The position numbers and the translations under genes were made by a program. From Gammaproteobacteria bacterium (GTDB lineage: Bacteria > Pseudomonadota > Gammaproteobacteria > Pseudomonadales > Pseudohongiellaceae): a stretch of 64,000 bases of DNA. The stretch lies in NCBI GenBank assembly GCA_009922595.1, contig RFVC01000001.1, positions 63,947-127,946 of the forward strand, given 5' to 3'. Below are positions 52,657 through 62,504 of this stretch, piece after piece. The notes under the pieces are model-generated. The model saw only the letters and a list, made by a program, of their open reading frames with translations. It was not told where the DNA came from and did no database searches. Positions within the stretch are counted from its first letter, which is position 1. Each line of letters opens with the position of its first letter.

Positions 52657-53003
52657 GTAATTCCCCTTGGTTCTGGTTTTTTGGTCTTCTTTTTAGCCCG
52701 GGTTTGCCGGGGAGAGTGAAGCATAAACAGGATGTCCGGTATCGTCTACCCGTACGTCCACAGACCTGTAAATACTCATTATGTCCTGTGTGGTTTTCGG
52801 CACTCATTTTTTATGGATTTAAAGAAGTATTTTAATAACAAGGTTTTAGCCGGACATTCTCTTGTTTCGCTTGAAATTAACCCGACAACTTATGGGCATA
52901 TTTGCCTGATTTTTACTTCAAGTTAACTGCTATTTCTGGCAGAATGCGCCCTTTTTCGTCATCCGAAAACCAGTTCTATTATCAAAGTTAGGAGCAATAC
53001 CTG

Positions 53004-54410
53004 ATGAGCAAAAATAGCCTCTCAGCAGCTATAGAGGCCGCCGGTGGTGCGGTCAACTTACTGCGTAACAACAAGGCCGGTATCTACGTTTACCCTGTCG
53101 TTGCCGCTGAATTTTCAAACTGGCGTTCCGAGCAGATTGCTTGGCGTGAATCTGCTGTCCTTTTTGACCAGACTCACCACATGGATGAGCTGACAGTAGA
53201 AGGTCCGGATGCTGAAGCATTCCTGAGCTATGTCGGTATCAACAGCTTTGCCAACTTCAAAGAAAATGTCGCCAAGCACTTTGTGCCGGTTACTCCTGCA
53301 GGCCATGTTATCGGTGACATGATCATCTTCCGTGAGTCCGAAGAGAAGTTTGTTCTCGTTGGTCGTGCTCCAACAGCCAACTGGATCCGTTTCCAGGCGT
53401 CATACGGCAAATGGAATGTGCGTCTTTTCCACGACCCACGTTCTGATTCACGTCCGGACGGTAAAGCGATCTACCGCACACACTATCGTTTCCAGATCCA
53501 GGGTCCTGATGCCAACAAGATCTTTGAAAAGATGAATGGCGGCCCTATCCCTGAAGTGAAATTCTTCCACGTTGACTGGGTCAACGTTGGCAATCGTCGC
53601 GTTCAGGCGCTGCGACACGGTATGGCCGGTGCACCGGGTCTTGAAATATGGGGTCCTTACGCTGACAAGCATTACATCCAAACTACTATTGCTGAAGCGG
53701 CCAAGGAAGCCGGTGTTGACCTGCGCTTCGTCGGCTGCCGTGCCTACTCTTCCAACACGCTGGAGTCTGGCTGGATTCCATCTCCGCTGCCAGGTATATA
53801 TTCTGGCGACGGCATGATGCAGGACTACCGTGACTGGCTGGGTGCTGACCACTACGAAACTGTGGGCTCACTCGGTGGTTCACTGGTCTCTGACAATATT
53901 GAAGACTACTACGTATCTCCATTTGAACTGGGCTACGACTTCTACATCGGCTGGAAGAAAGATGACTTCATCGGTAAGGATGCGCTTGAGAAAATGCGTG
54001 ATGAAGGTAGCCAGCGTAAGAAAGTAACCCTGGAATGGAATCGTGATGATGTGATGGAGGTGATCATGTCTGCTTTCGAGCCTGGCCTGGCCTGCAAGTG
54101 GATTGACTTCCCGAACCACAACTTCTCCTCAAGCAATGCCGACGAGCTACTTAAAGACGGCAAGCGTGTAGGGATGTCCATGTTCAATGGCTATTCTTAC
54201 AACGAGCGCTGCCTGCTCTCCCTGGCAGTTGTTGATGCCGACGTTGAAGTGGGTGACATCCTGACCCTGAAGTGGGGTGAGGAACCTGTTACTGAAAAGA
54301 CTTCCATGGAGCCGCACAGACAGTGTGAAGTTCGCGTGAAAGTAGCACCAACACCATACGCGCAGGATGCTCGCGAGAACTATGCCGACAGCTGGAGGAC
54401 CAAGAGCTAA
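53004..54410 (+). CDS. GcvT/aminomethyltransferase-fold protein resembling THF-dependent aryl O-demethylases (LigM/DesA type)
   Basis: 468 aa. YVYPVVAAEFSNWRSEQIAWRESAVLFDQTHHM, RHGMAGAPGLEIWGPY, SNTLESGWIPSPLPGIY and NIEDYYVSP match my recollection of Sphingobium LigM (similar length). AGGAG SD. Confidence 0.72.
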   Translation: MSKNSLSAAIEAAGGAVNLLRNNKAGIYVYPVVAAEFSNWRSEQIAWRESAVLFDQTHHMDELTVEGPDAEAFLSYVGINSFANFKENVAKHFVPVTPAGHVIGDMIIFRESEEKFVLVGRAPTANWIRFQASYGKWNVRLFHDPRSDSRPDGKAIYRTHYRFQIQGPDANKIFEKMNGGPIPEVKFFHVDWVNVGNRRVQALRHGMAGAPGLEIWGPYADKHYIQTTIAEAAKEAGVDLRFVGCRAYSSNTLESGWIPSPLPGIYSGDGMMQDYRDWLGADHYETVGSLGGSLVSDNIEDYYVSPFELGYDFYIGWKKDDFIGKDALEKMRDEGSQRKKVTLEWNRDDVMEVIMSAFEPGLACKWIDFPNHNFSSSNADELLKDGKRVGMSMFNGYSYNERCLLSLAVVDADVEVGDILTLKWGEEPVTEKTSMEPHRQCEVRVKVAPTPYAQDARENYADSWRTKS

Positions 54411-54451
54411 GCTCTTTCTCCAATGACGTTTTTCGGATAGTTAACGAAATT

Positions 54452-54480
54452 AAAACGCAGCCTTCGGGCTGCGTTTTTTT
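54452..54480 (+). terminator. rho-independent terminator
   Basis: AAAACGCAGCC-TTCG-GGCTGCGTTTTTTT. Confidence 0.88.
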
Positions 54481-54576
54481 ATGCCTTGAATAATGCTGTG
54501 CTCAAGCGCACATGATTGGACTGTGAAGGGTTAAGCGACTATTCTTTCTTAGTTCCGAATAAAAACAATAAGAAAT

Positions 54577-55404
54577 ATGAAGCATTACCATTACTTGCTT
54601 TTACTGAGCATTCTTTTTTTCTCTCTCTGCACCGGCACGGCGGTTGCCCAGTGGTTTGATTATCCAACGCCGGGTATTCCCAGAAATGCTAATGGTAGCG
54701 CCGATCTAGATGCCCCCACGCCACGCGTTGGGGGCACCCCTAATATTGGCGGTATCTGGGTTGCGGCAGAGCTGCTAAAAGACCAGTGCCCTGACCGTGA
54801 CAACTGCATTACCCAGATGGATTTGCCTGCTGACCAGCGTGACGTGGCACGCAACCTGGAGGGTGGCCTGCCATATCAGCCCTGGGCTGCGAAACTGGTT
54901 GCTGAAAGAGCCGCCAGAAGATCGATGGATGATCCCCATGCAAGGTGTTTGCCGCCAAACTTCCCGAGGGCCTATTACTTTCCGCAGTATTACAAGATTG
55001 TTCAGACACCGGACCTGATTGTGATTCTGCACGAATTTAACGCCAGCTACCGGCAGATTTTCATGGATGGCCGTCCACTGCCGGAAGATCCTTTTCCCTA
55101 CTGGAGCGGCTATTCCATTGGTCACTGGGAAGGGGACACGCTGGTGGTGGAGTCCCTGGGTTACCGTGATGATCTTTGGCTCGACATGCAGGGTAATCCT
55201 TTGACCGAGGAGGCACGGGTAACTGAAAGAATTAGCCGACCTGATTTTGGTTCGCTGCAGATTGAGTTAACAGTGGATGATCCGAAAGCTTATACTGCGC
55301 CCTGGACGGTACTGCTGCAAAGTAACGTAGTTGTCGACACCGAGCTAATCGAGGAGATATGTCTCGAGAACGAACAGGATGTGCAGCTGTTTGAAGTGGA
55401 GTAG
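54577..55404 (+). CDS. secreted conserved hypothetical protein
   Basis: Signal peptide ending TAVA-QW. Motifs: LPYQPWAA, DPHARCLPPNFPR, IVQTPDLIVILHE, GHWEGDTLVVES and DDPKAYTAPWT. I know of no named family. Confidence 0.6.
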   Translation: MKHYHYLLLLSILFFSLCTGTAVAQWFDYPTPGIPRNANGSADLDAPTPRVGGTPNIGGIWVAAELLKDQCPDRDNCITQMDLPADQRDVARNLEGGLPYQPWAAKLVAERAARRSMDDPHARCLPPNFPRAYYFPQYYKIVQTPDLIVILHEFNASYRQIFMDGRPLPEDPFPYWSGYSIGHWEGDTLVVESLGYRDDLWLDMQGNPLTEEARVTERISRPDFGSLQIELTVDDPKAYTAPWTVLLQSNVVVDTELIEEICLENEQDVQLFEVE

Positions 55405-55799
55405 TGAAAGTTAAAAGTAAAGTAGCAATGAAAGAACCCATCTTAATACTTCTTATCAAGGCCGTTATCTTAATGGCTGTTCCGGCTTGGGCTCACCATT
55501 CACCTGCCGCATTTGACCCAAATATCGAAGTCAGCATAACCGGTTCAGTGACTGAATTAGCATGGACTAGCCCTCATGCGCGCTTGTACGTTGATGTAGT
55601 TCAGGAAGACGGTAGTGTCGTAAACTGGAATTTTGAACTGCCGAGCCCGGTAGGCCTAATGCGTAAGGGTTGGCGACGCAAGGACCTCGCCCCTGGTGAT
55701 ACTGTTTCAGTAATCGGGATCAGGGCCAAGGCGCATCCGAGTATTGCCATTGCCGATGCTATACTTGATGCTGAAGGTAACCCCGTATTCTCAAATTGA
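55404..55799 (+). CDS. secreted DUF6152-like small protein
   Basis: Signal peptide ...MAVPAWA followed by HHSPAAFD. TGSVTELAWTSPHARLYVDV and NWNFELPSP resemble the DUF6152 family (from memory). GTG 55404 overlaps the upstream TAG; an alternative start is ATG 55428. Confidence 0.62.
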   Translation: MKVKSKVAMKEPILILLIKAVILMAVPAWAHHSPAAFDPNIEVSITGSVTELAWTSPHARLYVDVVQEDGSVVNWNFELPSPVGLMRKGWRRKDLAPGDTVSVIGIRAKAHPSIAIADAILDAEGNPVFSN

Positions 55800-56147
55800 A
55801 AGATCAGCTGTAAGCGACACGACAATAAGAAGATAGTCCATGCATTCCTTCCTTGCCCTGAATGCACTGTGGGTAACAGCAAGTGTCGCGCTCGATTTAA
55901 CTATTTACAGAGATCAAGGCAGTAGCGACGTCGATATCCGTATTGCCGACATTCGCTTTGGTGAAATTGATGCACTGGTGAAGCCGTGCTGGCAGGTAAG
56001 AACACAACTCATTGAAACAGATGGGAATCTGAGAAGGTTCTCTATAAATTCGCAGTTAAGAGATCGCACAGGAAACGCCAGCAAATCCCTCTACCTAGCC
56101 TAGCAATGTGGTTGCCAAGTTCTGACTCCAAGGCTTCTCTCGACCCC

Positions 56148-58706
56148 TCAGGTCGTCCTCAGTAATTCCAGCGGTTTCTGTCTCAGGACTGACAGGGTAG
56201 CGATCAGAGCCGTAAGAACACTGAGGCCGCAGATGGCAAGAATAGTGAACAACGTGATGCCTGACGAAAAGCTCCACAAGCCATCAAAGATAAAATAGGA
56301 AATGCTGTAAGACATCACCAGGCTAAGGCTGACACCTGAAATGGCGGCGAAGAGTCCTAGGATGCCAAACTCGATTTCAACGATATGCCTCACATCGGAA
56401 AAGTTGGCGCCCAGAATTTTCAGCAGGTTGATCTCCCAGAAGCGTGATTTCACTTCGTAACGGGCTATAGAAAAGAGCACCACAAGCCCGGCAAAAATGG
56501 ACAGATAGGCCATCACGCGAATCGCCCAGCTTATCTGGTTCGTAATATCAAGAATCCGTGCCACGATCTGCTGCACATTGATCACTGAAATGTTTGGCAA
56601 GGTGTTCACAATACTGTTTTGCACCGAAATGCGATCCTCCTCCGACACGTTGGCTATGGCGGCGACAAAGGTTTTTGGTGCGGGATCCAATACACCTGGC
56701 TGAAAGGAAACAAAGAAGTTGGGCTGGAAAGAATTCCAGATGACCTCCCTGGTGTTCACGATGCGGCCCTCAATCGGCACACTTTGCACATCGAAGGACA
56801 TGGTGTCGCCCACTTCCAGACCCATTCGTTCGGCGAAGTTTTCCTCAATGGAAATGCCCGGTAATTCATCAGAGCCGAATTCCCAGGGACCATCCCAGGT
56901 TTTGCCCTCAACGATAGTTTCTGAATCTTTCAGCGTGTCCTGGTAGGTCAGGTTAAACATGCGGCGGCGCATCAGCTGTTCATCCGGAGTTTCATCCGGG
57001 TCATCTATCTCCTCGCTGTTCACCGACTCGAGCCGGGCCCTGATCATGGGGGAAAGGAAAGACAGCGTATAACCCCTTTCACCGATGACAGTCTGCAGGT
57101 CCTTCAGCTGTTCGGGTTGAATATCGAACATGAAGAAATCAGGTACGGAGTAATCAGAGGGTTGCTCTATATAGCCCTGAAGTCCTTTCTGGATTTGTGG
57201 GATCAAGTTAATGAGCAGGGCTCCGAGGCCAATGGCCAGGAAGCATGAAACGGCCCCCAGCCGGTTACGGCTAAGGTTGCGTAGTGCAATCTTGCGGGTA
57301 ACCTGATTATCCAGGCTCAGAACTGAGCAGCCATACAGTATCAACCAGGCCACGGCACCCAGGATAAAAATTGCTGCCAGAAATCCTGCCACGAAGAGCG
57401 TACCGATAAAAATTGAACTGGCCTGCCACATGGCCAGACACCAGAAAGTGAGCAGGATGGGGGCGTAACTTGCCGCATGTCGCTGCCAATGTGAAGCGGA
57501 TGAGGCCGGCTGGACGTTTTCATGAAAAAGGCCAATGGGATTCAGGTCATAGATCTTCGACAGGATTGGCAGGCAGCAGATGATGCTACCGAATGTGCCC
57601 ATAAAGAAGGCCAGAACCAGCGAATTTATCTCCATGCCGTTGGTGAATCCCCGTGGCAGGAAGCCATCTAACAGCAGCGGCAGTAATGGCAGTCCAAGGA
57701 AGGCAATTGCGCTGGCCAGCACGGCACTAAACGTACCGAGGATGACAATCTGCAGTAGCGTCATCTGGTAGGCCTGCTTGGGTGTGCCGCCCAGGCACAT
57801 CAGGATGGCCATATCTTTGAAGCGAGAAGTAAAGAAGGCCCTGAATAAATAGGCGGCGCCTACGCCCGCCAGGAAAAGGGCGATCAGTGCAATCAAGCCA
57901 AGGTAGTCATTCATGTACCCAAGAACTTCACCAAGATCCTCACTTTCTTCCTGGTGGGTGGTCAAGCTCAGGCGCCGTGTGTCCCTATAGACTTTCTGCT
58001 CTATATCACGGAACTCATCCTCCAGCGCCATGTAGTCATATTCATAATTAGAGGGCAGTTTATAGAAGCGTGAGTAAGTGATGCGGCTGCCCAGTTGGAT
58101 AAGCCCTGTGGATTCGATTTGCTCTAACCCAAGATAGATGGCGGGGAAATTCGACATCACGGATATGGTGTTGCTTGGATCTTCAAGAATGACATCGGCA
58201 ATGGTGAATTCACCGTTACCAATTCGCAGCAGCTGCCCGATTTCTAGATCAAGTATAACCATCAGGTCACGTGCTACCCAGATCGTTTCGCTGTTAACCA
58301 AGGCCTGGCGTGCATCGCTAAGTGATACCGGGCCGGCTTCCTGCAGAATTATTTCACCGTACTGCGGATAGTTTTCATCGATGCCGATGAGCGTGCTCAT
58401 GCGTGAGTTCTCTTTACCGGCAATCATGGATAGGAAGGATACCTGGTCTGAGGTGGACAGGATATCGGTATCCAGCAGGCTTTCAGTCAGCAGGTGTTCC
58501 TGTTCAGTCAGGGGAAAGCGCGAGGAAATCTGGATGTCAGCGGTTAAGATGGACTTGGAGTTGTTTTCCAGGTGCTCATCAATGGAGCTCTTGAAAGAGT
58601 CCAGGGCAATAAAACCAATCAGGCCTATCCCTAAATTCAGCACGAAGAAAAGGCTGAACTTGAAGTTGTTGCTGATCTCTTTTAATGCTAGTTGAAGCCA
58701 GAGCAT
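56148..58706 (-). CDS. ybbP: FtsX/MacB-type ABC transporter permease with duplicated 4-TM modules (YbbP-like)
   Basis: About 852 aa with two FtsX-like TM bundles, each preceded by a large periplasmic domain. ATG 58706 has GAGGAA upstream and lies 13 nt after the ATPase stop. Confidence 0.85.
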   Translation of the reverse strand: MLWLQLALKEISNNFKFSLFFVLNLGIGLIGFIALDSFKSSIDEHLENNSKSILTADIQISSRFPLTEQEHLLTESLLDTDILSTSDQVSFLSMIAGKENSRMSTLIGIDENYPQYGEIILQEAGPVSLSDARQALVNSETIWVARDLMVILDLEIGQLLRIGNGEFTIADVILEDPSNTISVMSNFPAIYLGLEQIESTGLIQLGSRITYSRFYKLPSNYEYDYMALEDEFRDIEQKVYRDTRRLSLTTHQEESEDLGEVLGYMNDYLGLIALIALFLAGVGAAYLFRAFFTSRFKDMAILMCLGGTPKQAYQMTLLQIVILGTFSAVLASAIAFLGLPLLPLLLDGFLPRGFTNGMEINSLVLAFFMGTFGSIICCLPILSKIYDLNPIGLFHENVQPASSASHWQRHAASYAPILLTFWCLAMWQASSIFIGTLFVAGFLAAIFILGAVAWLILYGCSVLSLDNQVTRKIALRNLSRNRLGAVSCFLAIGLGALLINLIPQIQKGLQGYIEQPSDYSVPDFFMFDIQPEQLKDLQTVIGERGYTLSFLSPMIRARLESVNSEEIDDPDETPDEQLMRRRMFNLTYQDTLKDSETIVEGKTWDGPWEFGSDELPGISIEENFAERMGLEVGDTMSFDVQSVPIEGRIVNTREVIWNSFQPNFFVSFQPGVLDPAPKTFVAAIANVSEEDRISVQNSIVNTLPNISVINVQQIVARILDITNQISWAIRVMAYLSIFAGLVVLFSIARYEVKSRFWEINLLKILGANFSDVRHIVEIEFGILGLFAAISGVSLSLVMSYSISYFIFDGLWSFSSGITLFTILAICGLSVLTALIATLSVLRQKPLELLRTT

Positions 58707-58719
58707 GCCAGATTTTTCC

Positions 58720-59385
58720 TCAGATAAACTTGCCGTCTTGCAGACGCTGCTGCTTGGCGCAGCGCATGGCCAGTTGCTCGTTATGCGTGACAAAAAGCAG
58801 GGTCATCTTATGCTTGTCGACGAGATTAAAAATCATGTCGCTGACATGATCACCTGTAGAGCTGTCGAGGTTGCCAGTGGGCTCATCTGCGAGAAGGATA
58901 CTCGGTCTCACCACCATTGCCCTGGCAATGGCAACACGCTGACATTCACCCCCAGATAGTTGGTGTGGAAAATGCGACATACGCCTGCCAAGTCCTACCT
59001 GCGCAAGTGCCTCCCGGGCTTTACCAGAAGCGTCAGCATCCCTAAAGAGATCCAGGGGCAGGCTCACGTTTTCAAGCGCGGTCAGGTGAGACATGAGGTG
59101 AAACTGCTGGAAGATGATGCCAATATTCTTGGCCCGAAATTTTGATAGCGCTTCTTCGTCAAGGCCATGCATATCCTGGCCGTTCAAAACTATCGTTCCG
59201 GACGTGGGGGAGTCAAGTCCTGCAAGTAGGGTTAGTAGTGTGGATTTACCGCTGCCGGACTGGCCAAGAATGGCTAGCGTTTCACCATATTCCATTTCAA
59301 GATTGAGGTTCTTTAGCACCTCGATGGGTTGATCACTGGCAGTTGTGCGAAAGGTTTTGCACAGGTTTTTAATTTGTAAAATCAT
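58720..59385 (-). CDS. ybbA: ABC transporter ATP-binding protein (YbbA/LolD-like)
   Basis: Walker A GQSGSGKST, signature LSGGECQRVAIARA and Walker B ILLADEPTGNLD. Confidence 0.92.
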   Translation of the reverse strand: MILQIKNLCKTFRTTASDQPIEVLKNLNLEMEYGETLAILGQSGSGKSTLLTLLAGLDSPTSGTIVLNGQDMHGLDEEALSKFRAKNIGIIFQQFHLMSHLTALENVSLPLDLFRDADASGKAREALAQVGLGRRMSHFPHQLSGGECQRVAIARAMVVRPSILLADEPTGNLDSSTGDHVSDMIFNLVDKHKMTLLFVTHNEQLAMRCAKQQRLQDGKFI

Positions 59386-59471
59386 TGGTGAACACTACAT
59401 CCTTAGAGCATGACTGAACAAATCAATGCACTTTAATAGAACTCATGCGGAATTTTACCTTCCAGGGACTG

Positions 59472-60098
59472 TTAACCCGAGGACAGGATGGTCTTCAGAA
59501 AACTGACCATGTTCGTTGCCACAATTCGGGTGCCTTCTGCATTAGGGTGAATCCCGTCGGCCTGGTTCAGCTCTGGAACCGCCGCCACATCCTGCAGCAG
59601 GAAAGGCATCAGCGGTATGTCGTACTCCGTGGCCAGGTCCGGAAATACTCGAGCAAAGGCATCGGTGTATTCAGGCCCCATATTCGGGGGCACCATCATG
59701 CCGGTGATGGCGGCCTGGACGCCATTGGCCTGGGCAAACTCGATGGTCTCGGCCAGGTTGGCTTTCATTTCGTCGATACTGAGCCCTCGCAGGCCGTCAT
59801 TAGCGCCGAGTGAGAGCACCATCAGGTCCGGCTGGGAGCGGATATACCACTGCAGGCGGCTGAGTGCGCTGGCCGAGGTTGAACCGCTGATACCTGCGTT
59901 GAGAACACGGATATTGATGCCGTCTGCTGCCAGCATCTCCTTGACCAGGCTGGGGAAGGATTCCTCTTCATCGAGTCCATAACCCTCGGTCAGCGAGTCA
60001 CCAAGAAAGAGAATGGTGAGTTCTTCCTGCGCCAGCCCCTGGCTCGCAGCGAGGGTCAGCAAAAAGGACAGCAGTATATTGATAAATGCTTTGTTCAT
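59472..60098 (-). CDS. tesA: SGNH/GDSL arylesterase - acyl-CoA thioesterase I (TesA-like), secreted
   Basis: Signal peptide. Block I ILFLGDSLTEGYG, block III SLGANDG and block V DGIHPN. Confidence 0.87.
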   Translation of the reverse strand: MNKAFINILLSFLLTLAASQGLAQEELTILFLGDSLTEGYGLDEEESFPSLVKEMLAADGINIRVLNAGISGSTSASALSRLQWYIRSQPDLMVLSLGANDGLRGLSIDEMKANLAETIEFAQANGVQAAITGMMVPPNMGPEYTDAFARVFPDLATEYDIPLMPFLLQDVAAVPELNQADGIHPNAEGTRIVATNMVSFLKTILSSG

Positions 60099-60188
60099 GT
60101 TAATGAATAGTCGTTGCCTTAAAATCAGCGTGGGTAAAGCATGGTAACATTCTGCCCTTTGTACGCACAGATAGGAGAGGATAGTTCA

Positions 60189-61715
60189 ATGACCGCGATT
60201 CGCCAGGATGATGTGATCCAGAGCGTCGCCGATGCCCTGCAGTTTATTTCTTATTACCACCCGCTTGATTATATCCAGGCCGTACACCGCGCCTATGAAA
60301 AGGAAGAGTCGCAGGCGGCCAGGGATGCCATGGCGCAGATACTGATTAATTCGCGCATGTGTGCCGAAGGCAAGCGACCCATTTGCCAGGACACCGGCAT
60401 TGTCACCGTTTTCGTGAGAGTCGGCATGAATATCCAGTGGAATGGCGATATGTCTCTTGAAGATATGATCAACGAGGGTGTCAGGCGTGCCTATACCCAT
60501 CCCGACAACGTGTTGCGAGCATCAATTCTCAATGACCCCGCCGGGGCGCGGAAAAACACCGGGGATAACACGCCCGCTGTCATTCATACCACCGTAGTAC
60601 CCGGTGATACGCTAGAATTTGACGTCGCTGCCAAGGGCGGTGGGTCTGAAAACAAGTCTAAGCTGGCGATGCTGAATCCCAGTGACGATATCGTGGAGTG
60701 GGTGTTAAAAACTGTACCAACGATGGGGGCTGGCTGGTGTCCTCCCGGCATGCTTGGTATCGGCATCGGCGGCACGGCAGAAAAGGCAGCGGTGCTCGCC
60801 AAGGAATCCCTGATGGACCCCATCGATATTGATGAACTGCGTGTACGCGGGCCGCAGAACCGTATCGAAGAGTTGCGCCTTGAGATCATGGACAAGGTCA
60901 ACGACCTAGGCATTGGCGCCCAGGGGCTGGGCGGTCTGACCACGGTCGTTGATGTGAAGATCAAGGATTACCCCACGCATGCCGCATCACTGCCTGTTGC
61001 AATGATTCCCAACTGTGCGGCCACGCGGCACATTCACTTTACGTTGGATGGCAGCGGAGCGGCAGAGTTTGAGCAGCCGAAACTCGAAGACTGGCCCGAA
61101 ATTACGTGGGACGCCGGTCCCACGGCACGCAAGGTCAACCTGGACACCGTCACGCGCGAAGAAATCGCGGATTGGAAACCAGGCGAAACCCTGCTGCTGT
61201 CAGGCATCATGCTAACAGGTCGTGATGCGGCGCATAAGCGCATTCTGCAGCTGCTGGAAAGCGGGGAAGGACTGCCTGACGGTGTGGACCTGAACAACAA
61301 GTTTATTTACTACGTGGGTCCTGTCGATCCGGTGCGAGATGAAGTGGTGGGACCGGCAGGGCCAACCACTGCAACACGCATGGATAAGTTCACCGATGCC
61401 ATGCTCGAGAAAACCGGCATCATGGGCATGATCGGTAAAGCAGAGCGCGGCCAGGTGGCTATTGATGCCATCAAGAAACACAAGGCGGTCTACCTCATGG
61501 CAGTGGGCGGAGCGGCCTACCTGGTATCCAAGGCCATCAGGAAATCAAAAGTAATCGCCTTTGAGGATCTTGGTATGGAAGCCATACATGAATTCGTTGT
61601 CGACGAAATGCCGGTGACCGTGGCCGTGGATGTCGAGGGGAACTCCGTGCATCAGACCGGCCCGGCTGAATGGTTCGAAAAAATTCATTCCGCCGAACCT
61701 GTCACGGTTAAATAA
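60189..61715 (+). CDS. class I (Fe-S) fumarate hydratase, fused alpha-beta type
   Basis: About 508 aa with ICQDTGIVTVF (cluster Cys), GGGSENKS and a C-terminal beta-domain LLLSGIMLTGRDAAHKR...GPTTATRMD. ATG 60189 follows GGAGAGG. Confidence 0.88.
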   Translation: MTAIRQDDVIQSVADALQFISYYHPLDYIQAVHRAYEKEESQAARDAMAQILINSRMCAEGKRPICQDTGIVTVFVRVGMNIQWNGDMSLEDMINEGVRRAYTHPDNVLRASILNDPAGARKNTGDNTPAVIHTTVVPGDTLEFDVAAKGGGSENKSKLAMLNPSDDIVEWVLKTVPTMGAGWCPPGMLGIGIGGTAEKAAVLAKESLMDPIDIDELRVRGPQNRIEELRLEIMDKVNDLGIGAQGLGGLTTVVDVKIKDYPTHAASLPVAMIPNCAATRHIHFTLDGSGAAEFEQPKLEDWPEITWDAGPTARKVNLDTVTREEIADWKPGETLLLSGIMLTGRDAAHKRILQLLESGEGLPDGVDLNNKFIYYVGPVDPVRDEVVGPAGPTTATRMDKFTDAMLEKTGIMGMIGKAERGQVAIDAIKKHKAVYLMAVGGAAYLVSKAIRKSKVIAFEDLGMEAIHEFVVDEMPVTVAVDVEGNSVHQTGPAEWFEKIHSAEPVTVK

Positions 61716-61829
61716 CAAGTCTTCTGGTTAGACTTTCCAAAGGGTAAAGCATTTTGCTTTCCCCTTTCTCTTTGTACTTTTTTCTTTTATCTTCTCTGGT
61801 TTACTTTTCTGGTTGCCCGGATTCGCTTC

Positions 61830-62504
61830 ATGTCTGAAAAAACTGCTTTCATTGCCCGCCTTGAAAAAATAGATGCGTGTGCTGTTTCAGATGCCCTCGA
61901 TTCCCTAGCGTTGCCTGGTGCCCATTCCGGGCTGCCGCGCCGATCAACAAACCAGCGCATTGCCGGGCTGGTTCAGACAGTAAAGCTATCCGACCAGGAA
62001 CCACAGGGCGGTTCGAAACGCCACCTGGGGACGGCGGCGATAGACAGCGCTGATAACCTGACCGTAATCGTCGTTGAGCAGCGCACTGGCATTGACTGTG
62101 CCGGCTGGGGCGGCGTCCTCGCCAATGCCGCCAAGGCAAAAGGGGTAAGGGGAGTCATCATGGAGGGTCCTGCGCGAGATATAGATGAATACGAGGAGAT
62201 CGGCTTTCCCGTGTTTTCCCGGGCAACCACGCCTCATACCGCCAGGGGAAGAGTCTGGGAACAGTCTTTCGGTGAGCCCGTGCTCGTTGGAGGCTCAGAA
62301 GTAAATCCGGGGGATTACGTGATTGCAGACGGCAGTGGTGTGGTTTTTATTCCTGCTGACCGTGCTAAAGAAGTCATTACCATAGCTGAGCGCATTGCGG
62401 AAAAGGAACGTCTCATGACAGAGGACGTGCTCAAGGGCAAGCCGGTCTCTGAAGTCATGGGCACCAACTACGAAAACATGCTGGATAAAAACAATGACGG
62501 ATAA
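61830..62504 (+). CDS. RraA-family protein (HMG/CHA aldolase - oxaloacetate decarboxylase-like), paralog 1
   Basis: AVSDALDSL...GWGGVLANAAKAKGVRGVIMEGPARDIDE...ADGSGVVFIP, 224 aa. Confidence 0.75.
   Translation: MSEKTAFIARLEKIDACAVSDALDSLALPGAHSGLPRRSTNQRIAGLVQTVKLSDQEPQGGSKRHLGTAAIDSADNLTVIVVEQRTGIDCAGWGGVLANAAKAKGVRGVIMEGPARDIDEYEEIGFPVFSRATTPHTARGRVWEQSFGEPVLVGGSEVNPGDYVIADGSGVVFIPADRAKEVITIAERIAEKERLMTEDVLKGKPVSEVMGTNYENMLDKNNDG

Noticed and set aside
52657-53003. Possible riboswitch (B12, SAM or THF) in the leader of the MetE-like gene
   Set aside because: Reading the minus-strand leader I found no B12-box or SAM-riboswitch core sequences. Only a short CCCGG-GTTTG-CCGGG hairpin and an 8-nt inverted repeat (ATGTCCGG / CCGGACAT, 110 nt apart) were present, which is not enough for a call. 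A covariance-model scan (Rfam/Infernal) would settle it.
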